DNA of 64,000 nucleotides. It comes from Elusimicrobiota bacterium (GTDB lineage: Bacteria; Elusimicrobiota; Elusimicrobia; UBA1565). The stretch lies in assembly GCA_016196755.1 (NCBI GenBank), contig JACPXC010000023.1, positions 33,363 through 97,362 of the forward strand, read 5' to 3'. Each line of letters starts with the position of its first letter. Position 1 is the first letter of the stretch. The notes below the pieces were generated by a model. It ran no database searches and was not told the DNA's origin. It was given only the letters and a program-made list of their open reading frames with translations. This document shows, in pieces, positions 44,993 to 54,717 of the stretch. The translations under genes were made by a program, and so were the position numbers.

Positions 44993-46411
44993 ATGGAACA
45001 GGCCGAGCTCGAACGCGTCGTCGCCGAGGTCCTCAAGCGGCTGGAGGCCGTCCCCGCGTCGGGGGCGGCCCCGGCCGGCCTGGGGTTCGTGTTCAAGGAC
45101 TTAGACGCCTGCGTGGAGGCTTCGGCCCAAGCGCAGGAGGTCTTCCAGGCGCTGGGTCTCGAAAAGAGACGCCGGATCATCGAGGCCATGCGCAAGACCG
45201 CGGTGGCCAACGCCGAGCCGCTGGCGCGCCTCGCCCGCGAAGAGACGAAGATGGGCCGGGCCGACGACAAGGTCAAGAAGAACCTGCTCGTCGCGACCAA
45301 GACCCCGGGCGTCGAGTGCCTGGAGTCGCGGGCCTACACCGGCGACGACGGCCTGACCTTGGTGGAGTGGGCGCCGTTCGGCGTGGTGGCGGCCATCATC
45401 CCGTCGACCAACCCGACGGCCACGGTCATCAACAACTCGATCTCCATCCTCTCGGCCGGCAACTCGGTCATCTTCTCGCCGCATCCGGCGGCGACCAAGT
45501 GCTCGCGCGAGACCATGCGGCTCTTAAACGAGGCCATCGTCGGCGCCGGCGGCCCCCCGAACCTCATCACCACGGCCGACCCGGCCAGCCAGGAGATGAC
45601 CAAGGCGCTCTTGGCCCATCCCGGCGTCTCGGTCAACCTGGTGACGGGCGGCCCCGCCATCGTGAAGGTGGCGATGACGGTGGGCAAGACCTGCAAGACC
45701 ATCGCCGCCGGCCCGGGCAACCCGCCGGTCGTCGTCGACGAGACGGCCGACTTGGAGAAGGCCGCCAAGGGCGTCATCTCGGGCTGCTCGTTCGACAACA
45801 ACGTGCTCTGCACGGCCGAGAAGGAAGTCATCGTGGTCGAATCGGTCTATGGGCGCTTCTTGGACGCGCTCCGCAAGGACCCCAGGGGCTTTGAGCTCAA
45901 CTCTGTCCAGACAGAGTTATTGACCAAGAAGATCATCGTCGAGGGCGGCCGGGGCTGCAAGGATCCCAAGCTCAACCGCGAGTACGTCGGCAAGGACGCC
46001 TCCGTCATCGCGGCGGCCATCGGCATCACGGTGCCCTCCGAGGTGCGCTTGCTCTGGGCCGACGTCCCCAACGACCACCCCTTCATTTGGACCGAACAGC
46101 TCATGCCCATCCTGCCCATCACCTCGGCCAAGGACGTCGACGCGGCCATAGACCTCGCCTACCACGCCGAGGGCTACAACCACCACACGGCCTCGATGTA
46201 CTCGATGCACGTGGGGAACATGACCAAGATGGCGCGCAAGATGGCCTGTTCCATCTTCGTCAAGAACGCGCCGAACTATTACGGCCTGGGCATGGGCGAG
46301 GGCTACGCCTCGATGTCGATCGGCACGCCCACCGGCGACGGGCTGACCAAGGCCACGCACTTCGTGCGGCCGCTGCACTGTAGCTTGGTCGGGTATCTTA
46401 GGATAGCGTGA
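44993..46411 (+). CDS. CoA-acylating aldehyde dehydrogenase (EutE/PduP-like) with N-terminal encapsulation peptide
   Basis: ELERVVAEVLKRL; PSTNPT, VTGG, AGPGNPPVVVDETAD, FDNNVLCTAEKE. Confidence 0.92.
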   Translation: MEQAELERVVAEVLKRLEAVPASGAAPAGLGFVFKDLDACVEASAQAQEVFQALGLEKRRRIIEAMRKTAVANAEPLARLAREETKMGRADDKVKKNLLVATKTPGVECLESRAYTGDDGLTLVEWAPFGVVAAIIPSTNPTATVINNSISILSAGNSVIFSPHPAATKCSRETMRLLNEAIVGAGGPPNLITTADPASQEMTKALLAHPGVSVNLVTGGPAIVKVAMTVGKTCKTIAAGPGNPPVVVDETADLEKAAKGVISGCSFDNNVLCTAEKEVIVVESVYGRFLDALRKDPRGFELNSVQTELLTKKIIVEGGRGCKDPKLNREYVGKDASVIAAAIGITVPSEVRLLWADVPNDHPFIWTEQLMPILPITSAKDVDAAIDLAYHAEGYNHHTASMYSMHVGNMTKMARKMACSIFVKNAPNYYGLGMGEGYASMSIGTPTGDGLTKATHFVRPLHCSLVGYLRIA

Positions 46412-46673
46412 TTGTTCTGGACTTCGACTTGAACGCAATGAGCCGTCGTGGCTCGAGCTTGTTATGGAAGGTGTCAAGTCTTGCAATGATTGCCGCGCAA
46501 TCATCTTTGGATGCGGCTTGGGCGATTAGTCGGTCTATTATTGCGGATAGCCTGTCGAGTTTCCTTCCCAAGGCGAGGATCTCTGATTTGGTGATCATCT
46601 CCGCTCGGAGTTTTGCCAATTCAGCGGCAAGTCTGTCGATACTGGATACGGATCGCGGCTTGCGGGCGGGCAT
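46398..46673 (-). CDS. Small coiled-coil hypothetical protein
   Basis: 91-aa amphipathic ORF with heptad pattern. Confidence 0.45.
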   Translation of the reverse strand: MPARKPRSVSSIDRLAAELAKLRAEMITKSEILALGRKLDRLSAIIDRLIAQAASKDDCAAIIARLDTFHNKLEPRRLIAFKSKSRTITLS

Positions 46674-47017
46674 GCGATGATTTTAGCATCGCGGACGATT
46701 TTCGCAACGCCCTATAGCATGAAGGGATTGGCCCCTATTCTTCTTTTCGGATTGGGCCTCTTCTCCGTGCCTTCAATGGCAGCAGAGGATGCCATCGTCG
46801 GCATCCGCGGCACGGCGCCGAAGCTCCTGGTCCTCTACCTCGACGCGATCTGGCCAAACCTGCAAAAGGATTTCATCGCCCGCGCCGACGCCGGCGTGAA
46901 GAGCCAAAAGAACTCCACGACTCACGGCGAGCGACAGCGAGCTAGAAGTAGCCTGGACCCAGCAGCCAGCGCAGCGCCCGCGCTCGGTCGCGCGGATCGA
47001 GCCGTGGCCCAAGAGGT

Positions 47018-47133
47018 TGCCGTTTCGGTTTCCGGTTGGGACCCCGGCGCTGAACCAGTTGTTCCAAGTTCGAATCCTTGTCGGGCAGCTTCTGTGAACG
47101 GGAAGGTTGGAGGTTCGAGTCCTGTCCCCGGAG
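47018..47133 (+). pseudogene. Decayed tRNA-like sequences (tRNA-Gln(CUG)-like remnant plus 3' half of a second tRNA)
   Basis: Two T-loop signatures GTTCGAATCC and GGTTCGAGTCC; partial acceptor, D and anticodon stems with several mismatches. Confidence 0.45.
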
Positions 47134-47368
47134 GGATTCGCAACGGGTCCATGAGGACGCAATCGCTCTATCCACTGCGTCCTAAGGAATCGCTCTCGCT
47201 TATCCCCAAGCGCCTGCCTGCCTGCCTGCCTATAGGGCAGGCTCGCGCTTCCGCGATTCAGCCCGCTAAACAGCTCCCTACGGAAAACGGCCGAACGACT
47301 GTCCTCGATGGAGGACAAGAGGGAGGGGCTTATAAAACTACGTTGGGCCCGATTTCCCGCGAGATCAA

Positions 47369-47479
47369 TGGCCTCAACGACGTACGGCGTTGTGCTGTTC
47401 GCAGTGAGACTCCCGAAAGTGTGGGTGTGGGTGAGCGCGCCAGAAATTGTCTCGGTCGAGGACGTTGGGCCGGAAAGGA
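47369..47479 (-). repeat. 111-bp perfect inverted repeat, left copy
   Basis: Exact reverse complement of 49853-49963. Confidence 0.95.
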
Positions 47480-48775
47480 AATGGCATTTGGGGCGTTAGA
47501 GCGCTCTCGGTGATCACACTTCTGAATGGTGTCGCTCTGAGCGTGAGCGCGCAGGATTTGGCTCCGACCACTGGCGTGCAGCGACGAGTCCGGCTTGAAC
47601 GAAGGATCAAGCCCGACGCGGTGATGCGTCAAGTACTACTCTCATCGGATTCGGGAGGGAAGGCGCGCGTTCCCATTGTTGCCGCTGAGTCTGGTGTGAA
47701 AACGCTTGGGCTCTTTGGTAGATACAAAACCAAAGTCAGTAAGGGCGGGGAGGACAATGAAGTTCTGGCAGTTCCGGGTCAATACGGCAAGGTCATGGGG
47801 ATTCATATTACCCGGGGGCACTCGCAGGCTCGGGACGGCTGGATGTCTGGAGAGTTCTTGATTCTCAACGCTGATGGTGAAACGACACTTCACCTAAGGG
47901 ACTTCAACGTTCCGTTCCTGCCGCACCCCTCGCCCTCCGGGGACTACCTGGTCGCCGGACCAGGACCCTCTGGGCCGGGCGGCGTGCCGCGCTTTTACGA
48001 CGTGAACGGAATTAGAAACCAGTGGGCCAGAGGGGATAGTAAGGAGCATTGGCCGGAAAGCCACCGCGTCGGCGAGATCGTTTTTTCTCATGACGGCAGT
48101 CGCGTGGCCATCGAAGCGGTCAAAGGCGATAGCTATAGATCGATTGTCTATGACTCTCGGGGAGTCAAGCAGTGGGAACTGCCGGTCCGTGGCGCAGTTA
48201 TGTTCTCCCCTTCATCAAGCGAGCTTGCACTTGTCGCCGAGACCAGGCTCTACTTCTTCGGCAGTGACGGACGCGAGCTTCGAGCGTTCGATATTCCTGG
48301 CATTGGGCCATGGAGCCTTGGAAGATACTCGAAGGATGGGAAGCAGCTTGTCCTGACCACGAACACGAACAAGCTAATTCTGGTTGAGGTCCAATCAGGC
48401 AAGACTCTATGGGAGAGCCTCCCGTCGAAAGCCCCGAGTGTCGAAAGTCTCGGAGTTGGCGTCAGATTGAGACTCGCGGGACTCGACGCCTCATCTGGCC
48501 TAGAAAAGATTGCTGTTGCAGGCGTGTCGTTTAGATCGGCCACTTTCGATGCAGGTGGTGGGCAAACGGGCACTCGAAAAGAGCATTTGCGGAGCCATGT
48601 TTTTCTATATGACCATGCCGGGATGCTTCTCGACGAGCTTTCGCTGCCGACGAACTCCTTTCTCTTTCACGGGCCCAACATCGCGAGCATTGGAGTCTCC
48701 GGTGATGGCAAGGAACTCTTCGTCCCAACGACGACGGAGATTCTAACCTATTCGGTGGCAGACCAGCCTAGATGA
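47447..48775 (+). CDS. Secreted beta-propeller (WD40-like) protein; true start probably lost at the repeat junction
   Basis: Signal-like 'IWGVRALSVITLLNGVALSVSAQ'; FSHDGS, FSPSSS, YSKDGK, VSGDGK repeats; ATGA coupling to next gene. Confidence 0.6.
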   Translation: MSRSRTLGRKGNGIWGVRALSVITLLNGVALSVSAQDLAPTTGVQRRVRLERRIKPDAVMRQVLLSSDSGGKARVPIVAAESGVKTLGLFGRYKTKVSKGGEDNEVLAVPGQYGKVMGIHITRGHSQARDGWMSGEFLILNADGETTLHLRDFNVPFLPHPSPSGDYLVAGPGPSGPGGVPRFYDVNGIRNQWARGDSKEHWPESHRVGEIVFSHDGSRVAIEAVKGDSYRSIVYDSRGVKQWELPVRGAVMFSPSSSELALVAETRLYFFGSDGRELRAFDIPGIGPWSLGRYSKDGKQLVLTTNTNKLILVEVQSGKTLWESLPSKAPSVESLGVGVRLRLAGLDASSGLEKIAVAGVSFRSATFDAGGGQTGTRKEHLRSHVFLYDHAGMLLDELSLPTNSFLFHGPNIASIGVSGDGKELFVPTTTEILTYSVADQPR

Positions 48776-51700
48776 AACGCGGCATTCTTGGCGCAGTGCT
48801 CTTGATCCCGGTCATGTCTGGCCTGGGCCATGCTTTGCGCTGGCCGCTTGCCAATTCAAACGGGCCTCACTCAATCACGGGCACGCTCGGCGAGTATCGC
48901 GACACTTTGGGGTTTCCGCACTTTCATGACGGGGTAGATATCACGACTGCCGCAACGGGCGGAGGGTCGTCCGTTCACTCGGTGCTCGCCGGGACGGTTG
49001 CTGGCCTGCTTGCGACTGGAGGGGGCAGTAATTTCGTGAAGGTTAGGTCCACGGCCAGCGCCGTCATCTTCGTCTATGTCCACGTGAATCCAGATGCAGG
49101 CCTCTCGGTTGGCGATTCGGTCGCCGAGGGTGAGGAGATTGGACAGATCAACAACGCCGCGCCTCCTCATATTCACTTCAAGCAGACGAATCTGGCCGAG
49201 ACCCAAATACTCAACTCCCTCATGACTCCCGGAGGCGGCCTCTCGAATTACGCGGACACGATGCTGCCACAGGTGTCGTCGGTAATCGTGTTCAATGCGA
49301 ACTCGGGAGCGCAACTGGATATTTCGTCTCCTGTCGCACCTGGCAACTTTCGCATCAGAGCGAAGGCCAAAGACTTGCAGAGCCTCGGCAGCTCGAATGT
49401 CGGCATCTTCTCGATTGGCTATCAGCTTTTCAATGCGGATTCTAACACCCTGTACATAAGCGCCTTTCCTCGGCAGGCGTACAGTCTAATCGAGGCAAGC
49501 CGCATCGATAGCCCGGAAATCGCCTACGATACGACGGCATCCCAGGGCAGCGGAAGCAACTTCAACTTCTACTACTTCGCCAACAACATGATAGGCTTGA
49601 GCACGCCTTTGGAACTGAGTTCGCAGGTGGATCGCAACCTGCGGCTTTGCGTGCTCGCCAAGGACGTGCGGGGGAACGGTGGGAACGTCGCGGCTCAACA
49701 GGGCGCAAAGTGCGAAAGCTTCCGTATAGATGGCACTATGCCGAGCGTCAGCCTTCGCAAGACAGACGGCACTCCCGTCGATAACAACGGCGCGACGAAC
49801 GAGACCAGCATCGTCGTCGCGGCGACCGATACTTTCGGCCTCCAGAAGTTCGTCCTTTCCGGCCCAACGTCCTCGACCGAGACAATTTCTGGCGCGCTCA
49901 CCCACACCCACACTTTCGGGAGTCTCACTGCGAACAGCACAACGCCGTACGTCGTTGAGGCCACTTCTGGCGTGTTTTCTATGAGGCTGGAGAGATCTTC
50001 CGGTGTCGTGATTGCAATCACTACGTTCGAAGAGCCCGTTAGCACCGCGGCATGGGCGGGCCCATTCTGTCAGCTTTCCTCGGGAACATACTCCCTCTTT
50101 ATCATGGATAAGGCCGGCAACCAAAGCCGATATGACTTCGAGGCGGCTACCGAGACCTTCACCATGACCCTGACTGCGGATGGTCCTGGCTGGAGTGATT
50201 CCGGCTCAGCGGCTATTACTCAGGCGCAAACAGAAACCGCAAATTGGGCATTCCAGGGCCAGGCGGATTGGTGCGTGGCCGACAAAACCGTACCTTGCAT
50301 GGCAATCGAGACTCATGTAGCAGGAACCAAAGCCGCTTGCGAATATTATGCTAACTGCGGTTTTACTTCAAAGATCGAGAGTACGATAACTTTCGGACCC
50401 CCTTGGCAGAGCAGCCAGTTCACAATCGCCAACACGACAGATGTAGAGGTGGGTGGTTCGATTGCGATGGTTGCCTCTCCTATCGGCGGAGGTGGTGTAA
50501 CCTTAACCTATCCTTTTGGTCTCAATCCCGGTCAGGTCATCACTGGAGATGTCGATTTCCCGCAGAATAACAGTTCGGCTTGGCGAAGTTCCGTTTCGGC
50601 ATCCGGCGAGAGTTTTGAGGTTTTGGCTCCGATTGCGAACATCGACATTTCAAGTACGTCGACTTTGCCTGCGACGATGGCCGAATCCGCACGGCGGAAC
50701 CTTCTGCGCCTCTCATCGCCGAAAGCGTATGACCTGTCAATTAATGGCGGATCTGGCGCATTCGGCACCACAACCACGATCTCCGTGTCCTATGCTGACG
50801 CTGTCATGACGGATACCATGACGCTCCAGCTTTACCGATGGGAAAGGTCCCAATGGCGCTCCTCCGGCCTTACTAATCAATCCGTGTCCAAAAGCACCTC
50901 GGGGATTATCTCGATAGTCGCTCGTTCGACGAGCACCTCATGGTACGCGGCGTTTTCCCTGGGGGTCGACACTACTGCCCCCACAACTTCTTGGGGCATT
51001 CAGGGATCCTCGTACGGATTTGCCGGCATCATATTCGTTTCGACCTATTCTTATCTCATTCTTTCTTCGACGGACCCAATGGCCAACGGTTTCGCTTCCG
51101 GAATGGCGACAATTTACTATCGCCTCGATGGCCTAAGCGGCGACCCATTCACCACCTATTCCTCTTCGCTAAGCCTTCTTCCAGGCACCCATTGGGTGGA
51201 TTACTACGCAGTCGACTGGGCGGCCAACATGGAGGCCGTGAAGAGGGCGACAATAACGGTAACTTCGGGTTCTGTCACGCGCCTGTCCGGCGATTTGCAG
51301 GTCGACGGGAACCTGCTTGTCGGTTTCTTGGGTTCCGGCGCCAAGGCCGAAGTGCTAGCTCGCGCCGAGTACGACTACGCGCTTAAGGTCTCGAGCGTCG
51401 ATGGCCGGGCCATGATGGCGGTCGACAGCGCGAACTTCGTCTCTATAGGCACGGCGCCTGCCTCGGGGCGCCTGACCTTGGCAGGAGTCACGCTGGACTC
51501 GGCTTTGGCGCTGCGCTCCGGGAACTCGACGGCTTCCATAAGCGGGGCCCAACTCGCCTTTGGCTTCGATGGCAGTCCTGAACTGCGGCATGCGCTCTAT
51601 ACTCAACACGGCTCGGCGGCCAACTTCAACAAGATGGTTTTCGAACTCTGGACGCCGGCATCGGGAAGCTCGTCTACGCTCGGCAACCAGCCAGTTCTTT

Positions 51701-52161
51701 CTTTGGAAGGCAGTACCATCACCTCAGCCAACGCGCTGGTTCATATTCGGCCGGCCGGTATTGCCGATAAGGAGCTGGTAGTCTCTAACGGCATCGGGAT
51801 GGGCGAAGGGAACGTCCTGCGCTGGGAGCGTTGGACGCCGAGCTCCATCGCAATAAAGAAGGATATCTCGAGGCTTGGGCGAGCCGATGAAGAGAAGGCC
51901 TGGGCCGACATCGCCGCACTTAAGCCTTCAGTCTATCGGCGCAAGCGGACCGCGGAGGATGGCTCCTTAGTGGCGGACCACACGGGCCCTCTCGAGCGCG
52001 GTTATATCTTCGAAGAGACGCCCGAGAGCATCCGTGCCGGCCCTGGCGCCGTTTCAATCGACGAGCGCCTCATCAACGCCGAGTTGGCGCTAAAGGCGGC
52101 GATGCGTCGGATCGAAGAACTCAAGGCGCGCATCAAGAAGGCCAAGGAGCGCGGCCGATGA
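48772..52161 (+). CDS. Secreted multidomain protein: M23 peptidase, Ig-like repeats, fibre-like region, C-terminal peptidase-S74-like chaperone domain
   Basis: Signal peptide; HDGVD and PHIHF (M23 HxxxD/HxH); DxxGN Ig motifs; SSIAIKKDI...GYIFEE.PE...coiled coil. Confidence 0.75.
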   Translation: MKRGILGAVLLIPVMSGLGHALRWPLANSNGPHSITGTLGEYRDTLGFPHFHDGVDITTAATGGGSSVHSVLAGTVAGLLATGGGSNFVKVRSTASAVIFVYVHVNPDAGLSVGDSVAEGEEIGQINNAAPPHIHFKQTNLAETQILNSLMTPGGGLSNYADTMLPQVSSVIVFNANSGAQLDISSPVAPGNFRIRAKAKDLQSLGSSNVGIFSIGYQLFNADSNTLYISAFPRQAYSLIEASRIDSPEIAYDTTASQGSGSNFNFYYFANNMIGLSTPLELSSQVDRNLRLCVLAKDVRGNGGNVAAQQGAKCESFRIDGTMPSVSLRKTDGTPVDNNGATNETSIVVAATDTFGLQKFVLSGPTSSTETISGALTHTHTFGSLTANSTTPYVVEATSGVFSMRLERSSGVVIAITTFEEPVSTAAWAGPFCQLSSGTYSLFIMDKAGNQSRYDFEAATETFTMTLTADGPGWSDSGSAAITQAQTETANWAFQGQADWCVADKTVPCMAIETHVAGTKAACEYYANCGFTSKIESTITFGPPWQSSQFTIANTTDVEVGGSIAMVASPIGGGGVTLTYPFGLNPGQVITGDVDFPQNNSSAWRSSVSASGESFEVLAPIANIDISSTSTLPATMAESARRNLLRLSSPKAYDLSINGGSGAFGTTTTISVSYADAVMTDTMTLQLYRWERSQWRSSGLTNQSVSKSTSGIISIVARSTSTSWYAAFSLGVDTTAPTTSWGIQGSSYGFAGIIFVSTYSYLILSSTDPMANGFASGMATIYYRLDGLSGDPFTTYSSSLSLLPGTHWVDYYAVDWAANMEAVKRATITVTSGSVTRLSGDLQVDGNLLVGFLGSGAKAEVLARAEYDYALKVSSVDGRAMMAVDSANFVSIGTAPASGRLTLAGVTLDSALALRSGNSTASISGAQLAFGFDGSPELRHALYTQHGSAANFNKMVFELWTPASGSSSTLGNQPVLSLEGSTITSANALVHIRPAGIADKELVVSNGIGMGEGNVLRWERWTPSSIAIKKDISRLGRADEEKAWADIAALKPSVYRRKRTAEDGSLVADHTGPLERGYIFEETPESIRAGPGAVSIDERLINAELALKAAMRRIEELKARIKKAKERGR
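49853..49963 (+). repeat. 111-bp perfect inverted repeat, right copy (inside CDS)
   Basis: Exact reverse complement of 47369-47479. Confidence 0.95.
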
Positions 52162-53063
52162 GAATCCTCCCGCTCCTGGCTATCCTTGCCTTCGCCCAAA
52201 CGCTGCACGCCCAATCGATTTTTGATTCTGAGCTGTGGGTGTCGAGCAAGACCGGGGTAGGGACTTCCAGCCCAGGCGCTCGCTTTGAGGCCAAGGGAAC
52301 CTCGGCGACCTCTTCTGTGTTCCAGGTATCCGAGGTCGACTTATCCCCGGCAGTCCGAGTCGGCCCCGATGGAACCTTGGGGCTCTCCACGGCCTCGGCC
52401 GCCAGAGTGACTGTATCCGGCGCGGCCGATGCCGGCGACCTGGCGTTGGAACTCAGAGGCGGGGACCTCTATCCCGCGACCTCGAACTATCAGATGACGG
52501 CGGGATATGCCGGCGGGACGCTCTATCGCCATTCCATCCGCTCCAAGCACGCGACGAGCGTTTCGTCCAATAGCCTGACCTTCAGCGTCTGGAACGCGGC
52601 TGACGCCTCGACTGCGATTGGGACCCGTGAGGTGCTGGTGCTTCTCACCCATTCCACCGGCACTACGGCCCATGTCCTTCCGCCTGCTGGCGCGGCGATC
52701 AGCACTTACACGTTGCAGCTCATAGTCTCCAACGGCTCGGGTGTCGGCGGCGGGACGATGCGGCGCAAGAGCGAAGGAACGGTCTCTTCGGCTTTAATTA
52801 AGGATGGGATACGCTCATTAGGCCCTGAGGCTGAGCGGCAAGCGTACGAGGACGTGCGCGCATTGAGGCATGTCGGGTTCCGCTATAAGGCCGGCAAGGG
52901 ACGCAAGCAGCGCGGTCTGCTCTTTGAAGAGGCTCCAGCTACCGTCCGGACGCCTGAAAAGTCCGTTTCGGTCGACCGGCGCCTGCTCAATGCCGAGCTG
53001 GCTGCGCGAGGGCTCCTCAGGGAACTCGCTGAGCTCGAAAAGGAAGAAGAGGGCCTGCGATGA
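52158..53063 (+). CDS. Secreted fibre-like protein with S74-like C-terminus
   Basis: Signal peptide; GVGTSSPGARFEAKG; SSALIKDGI...GLLFEEAP...coiled coil; paralogous to C-terminus of upstream gene. Confidence 0.72.
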   Translation: MRILPLLAILAFAQTLHAQSIFDSELWVSSKTGVGTSSPGARFEAKGTSATSSVFQVSEVDLSPAVRVGPDGTLGLSTASAARVTVSGAADAGDLALELRGGDLYPATSNYQMTAGYAGGTLYRHSIRSKHATSVSSNSLTFSVWNAADASTAIGTREVLVLLTHSTGTTAHVLPPAGAAISTYTLQLIVSNGSGVGGGTMRRKSEGTVSSALIKDGIRSLGPEAERQAYEDVRALRHVGFRYKAGKGRKQRGLLFEEAPATVRTPEKSVSVDRRLLNAELAARGLLRELAELEKEEEGLR

Positions 53064-53971
53064 GACTCGCTCTTTGGCTTTCAATCTTTTTTTTGGCGAT
53101 TCAGGCATCGGCTCAGACGCGTACAAGCGGGGATGCCACGGTGACCGGGGCGATGGGTGCGGGAACACTGACCCCCAGGGCCGCCTTAGAGATCGGGCTG
53201 CATGTGGCCGATTCCTATGCTCTCAAGGTTTCCAGCCCGGATGGATCGGCTCTTTACCTCCTTGACCGTTCGGCCAAGGCAGGGCTGGGAGTGACGCCTA
53301 CGGGAGCGCGGCTCGACGTCTCAGGGCGCGCCGATGCCGGTGAGGTGGGGCTGGAACTCAGGGCCGGTAACTCGACTTCTTCGCTTACGAGTGCTCAGAT
53401 TGCCTTCGGCGCGGCAAACGGCGCCTATCGCCACAACATCCGGAGTCGTGCGACAGGGACGCAGAGCGCTGGAAACGCCCTGGACTTCTATCTCTGGACA
53501 TCATCGGACGCCGTCTACAGCCTAGGTTCGTCCTATGTGATGAGCCTCCAGGGCAGCACCACGACGCTCTTAGGCGTGCATGTCTCTCCCTCGACGCAGT
53601 CCGTGACGGCCGAACTGGTGGTTTCCAGCGGGACGGTATATGCAGGCGGAATCATCTTGGCGGCCGACGCGGTAGGGGCGCCGTGCTTCTCTGATATCAA
53701 GCATGACCTAGGCCGTCTTGAAAAAAAGGAGCGAGAGGCTGCCCAGGCCGAGCTCTTGGCCCTTCGTCCTGTGTCATTTCGATATAAAGGCGACCTGCTT
53801 GAGCGGAAAGGCTTCGTTTATGAAGAGGCCCCCGCGAGCATCAGGGACGGGCGTGGGGCTATAGTCTTGGACGAAAGGCTCCTGAACTTGGAATTGGTCT
53901 TGCAGGCTGCACAGGGTCGTATCGAAAGGCTCACCGCTGAGTTGACGCATCTGGAAAGAAGGGGGCGATGA
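53060..53971 (+). CDS. Secreted fibre-like protein with S74-like C-terminus
   Basis: Signal peptide; GAGTLTPRAALEI, GLGVTPTGARLDVSG; CFSDIKHDL..LRPVSFRYK..GFVYEEAP. Confidence 0.72.
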   Translation: MRLALWLSIFFLAIQASAQTRTSGDATVTGAMGAGTLTPRAALEIGLHVADSYALKVSSPDGSALYLLDRSAKAGLGVTPTGARLDVSGRADAGEVGLELRAGNSTSSLTSAQIAFGAANGAYRHNIRSRATGTQSAGNALDFYLWTSSDAVYSLGSSYVMSLQGSTTTLLGVHVSPSTQSVTAELVVSSGTVYAGGIILAADAVGAPCFSDIKHDLGRLEKKEREAAQAELLALRPVSFRYKGDLLERKGFVYEEAPASIRDGRGAIVLDERLLNLELVLQAAQGRIERLTAELTHLERRGR

Positions 53972-54051
53972 GAACATTTCTGGCTATCTTAGCCTTGTCG
54001 GCTCTGATTGCTGCGCCGGTCCGAGCTGACGTCGTCGACAGCGGCAGCCTC
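53967..54051 (+). repeat. 85-bp direct repeat, copy 1 (signal peptide and first mature residues)
   Basis: Identical to 55069-55153. Confidence 0.92.
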
Positions 54052-54717
54052 ATCATTGGCCAGCAAGGCATCATTGGTGGAACGATGACCGTCCAAGGAA
54101 ACGCTTTAGGCGTGGCTGGGAGCGTCTCGGCCACAAGTGCGACGCTTTTGGGGATGGGAGCCGAAATCTTTTCTCTGACCACTTCTTCTGGCATCCACAT
54201 GGTCAGCGGAACCCTAAAGCTGAACCCGGGCACAATGATCGAGTGGGGCGACGGGAGTAAGAGTACAATAGCCGCGTCCGGTGGCGGCACGTTCTCCGCG
54301 GCCTCCACGATGACAATCGTGCCCCGGAATCAATCAACTACTCAAACGGAATTCGGCTCGTGCTTCACGTCGACCGTGGCCATGACAACGAGTGGCGGGA
54401 AGATTCTGATCAGCTTTACTGGCGCCGCCAGCAACAATAATGCGACGGGGCATTGGTCAAACCTCGGCGTCCTTATGGACGGAGACTTCATTACGGGTGA
54501 TGACGGGATTAAGAATACGTCGACCTCCGCCATCGCGAGCATGGTCGCGCCTGCCGCGAACTTTAGTTTCAACCAGTCCTTTACCTTCCTACAGCAGGCT
54601 CCTTCCGCGGGCCCTCATTCATGGTGCCTTAGTGGATGGGTCTCTGGAGGCACGATGACGATCGGAATCGACAGTCCAATGAGCCGAATGCGCTTCTCCG
54701 TGTTGGAGCTAAAGTGA
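53968..54717 (+). CDS. Secreted beta-rich fibre/tip protein, paralog A1
   Basis: Signal peptide; Ser/Thr/Gly-rich beta segments; C-terminal beta sandwich ending VLELK. Confidence 0.7.
   Translation: MRTFLAILALSALIAAPVRADVVDSGSLIIGQQGIIGGTMTVQGNALGVAGSVSATSATLLGMGAEIFSLTTSSGIHMVSGTLKLNPGTMIEWGDGSKSTIAASGGGTFSAASTMTIVPRNQSTTQTEFGSCFTSTVAMTTSGGKILISFTGAASNNNATGHWSNLGVLMDGDFITGDDGIKNTSTSAIASMVAPAANFSFNQSFTFLQQAPSAGPHSWCLSGWVSGGTMTIGIDSPMSRMRFSVLELK

Noticed and set aside
46677-47513. 278-aa ORF as a real gene
   Set aside because: Only the first ~60 aa (signal-like start at 46719) look coding; the rest runs through tRNA-like relics, repeats and the antisense repeat copy.
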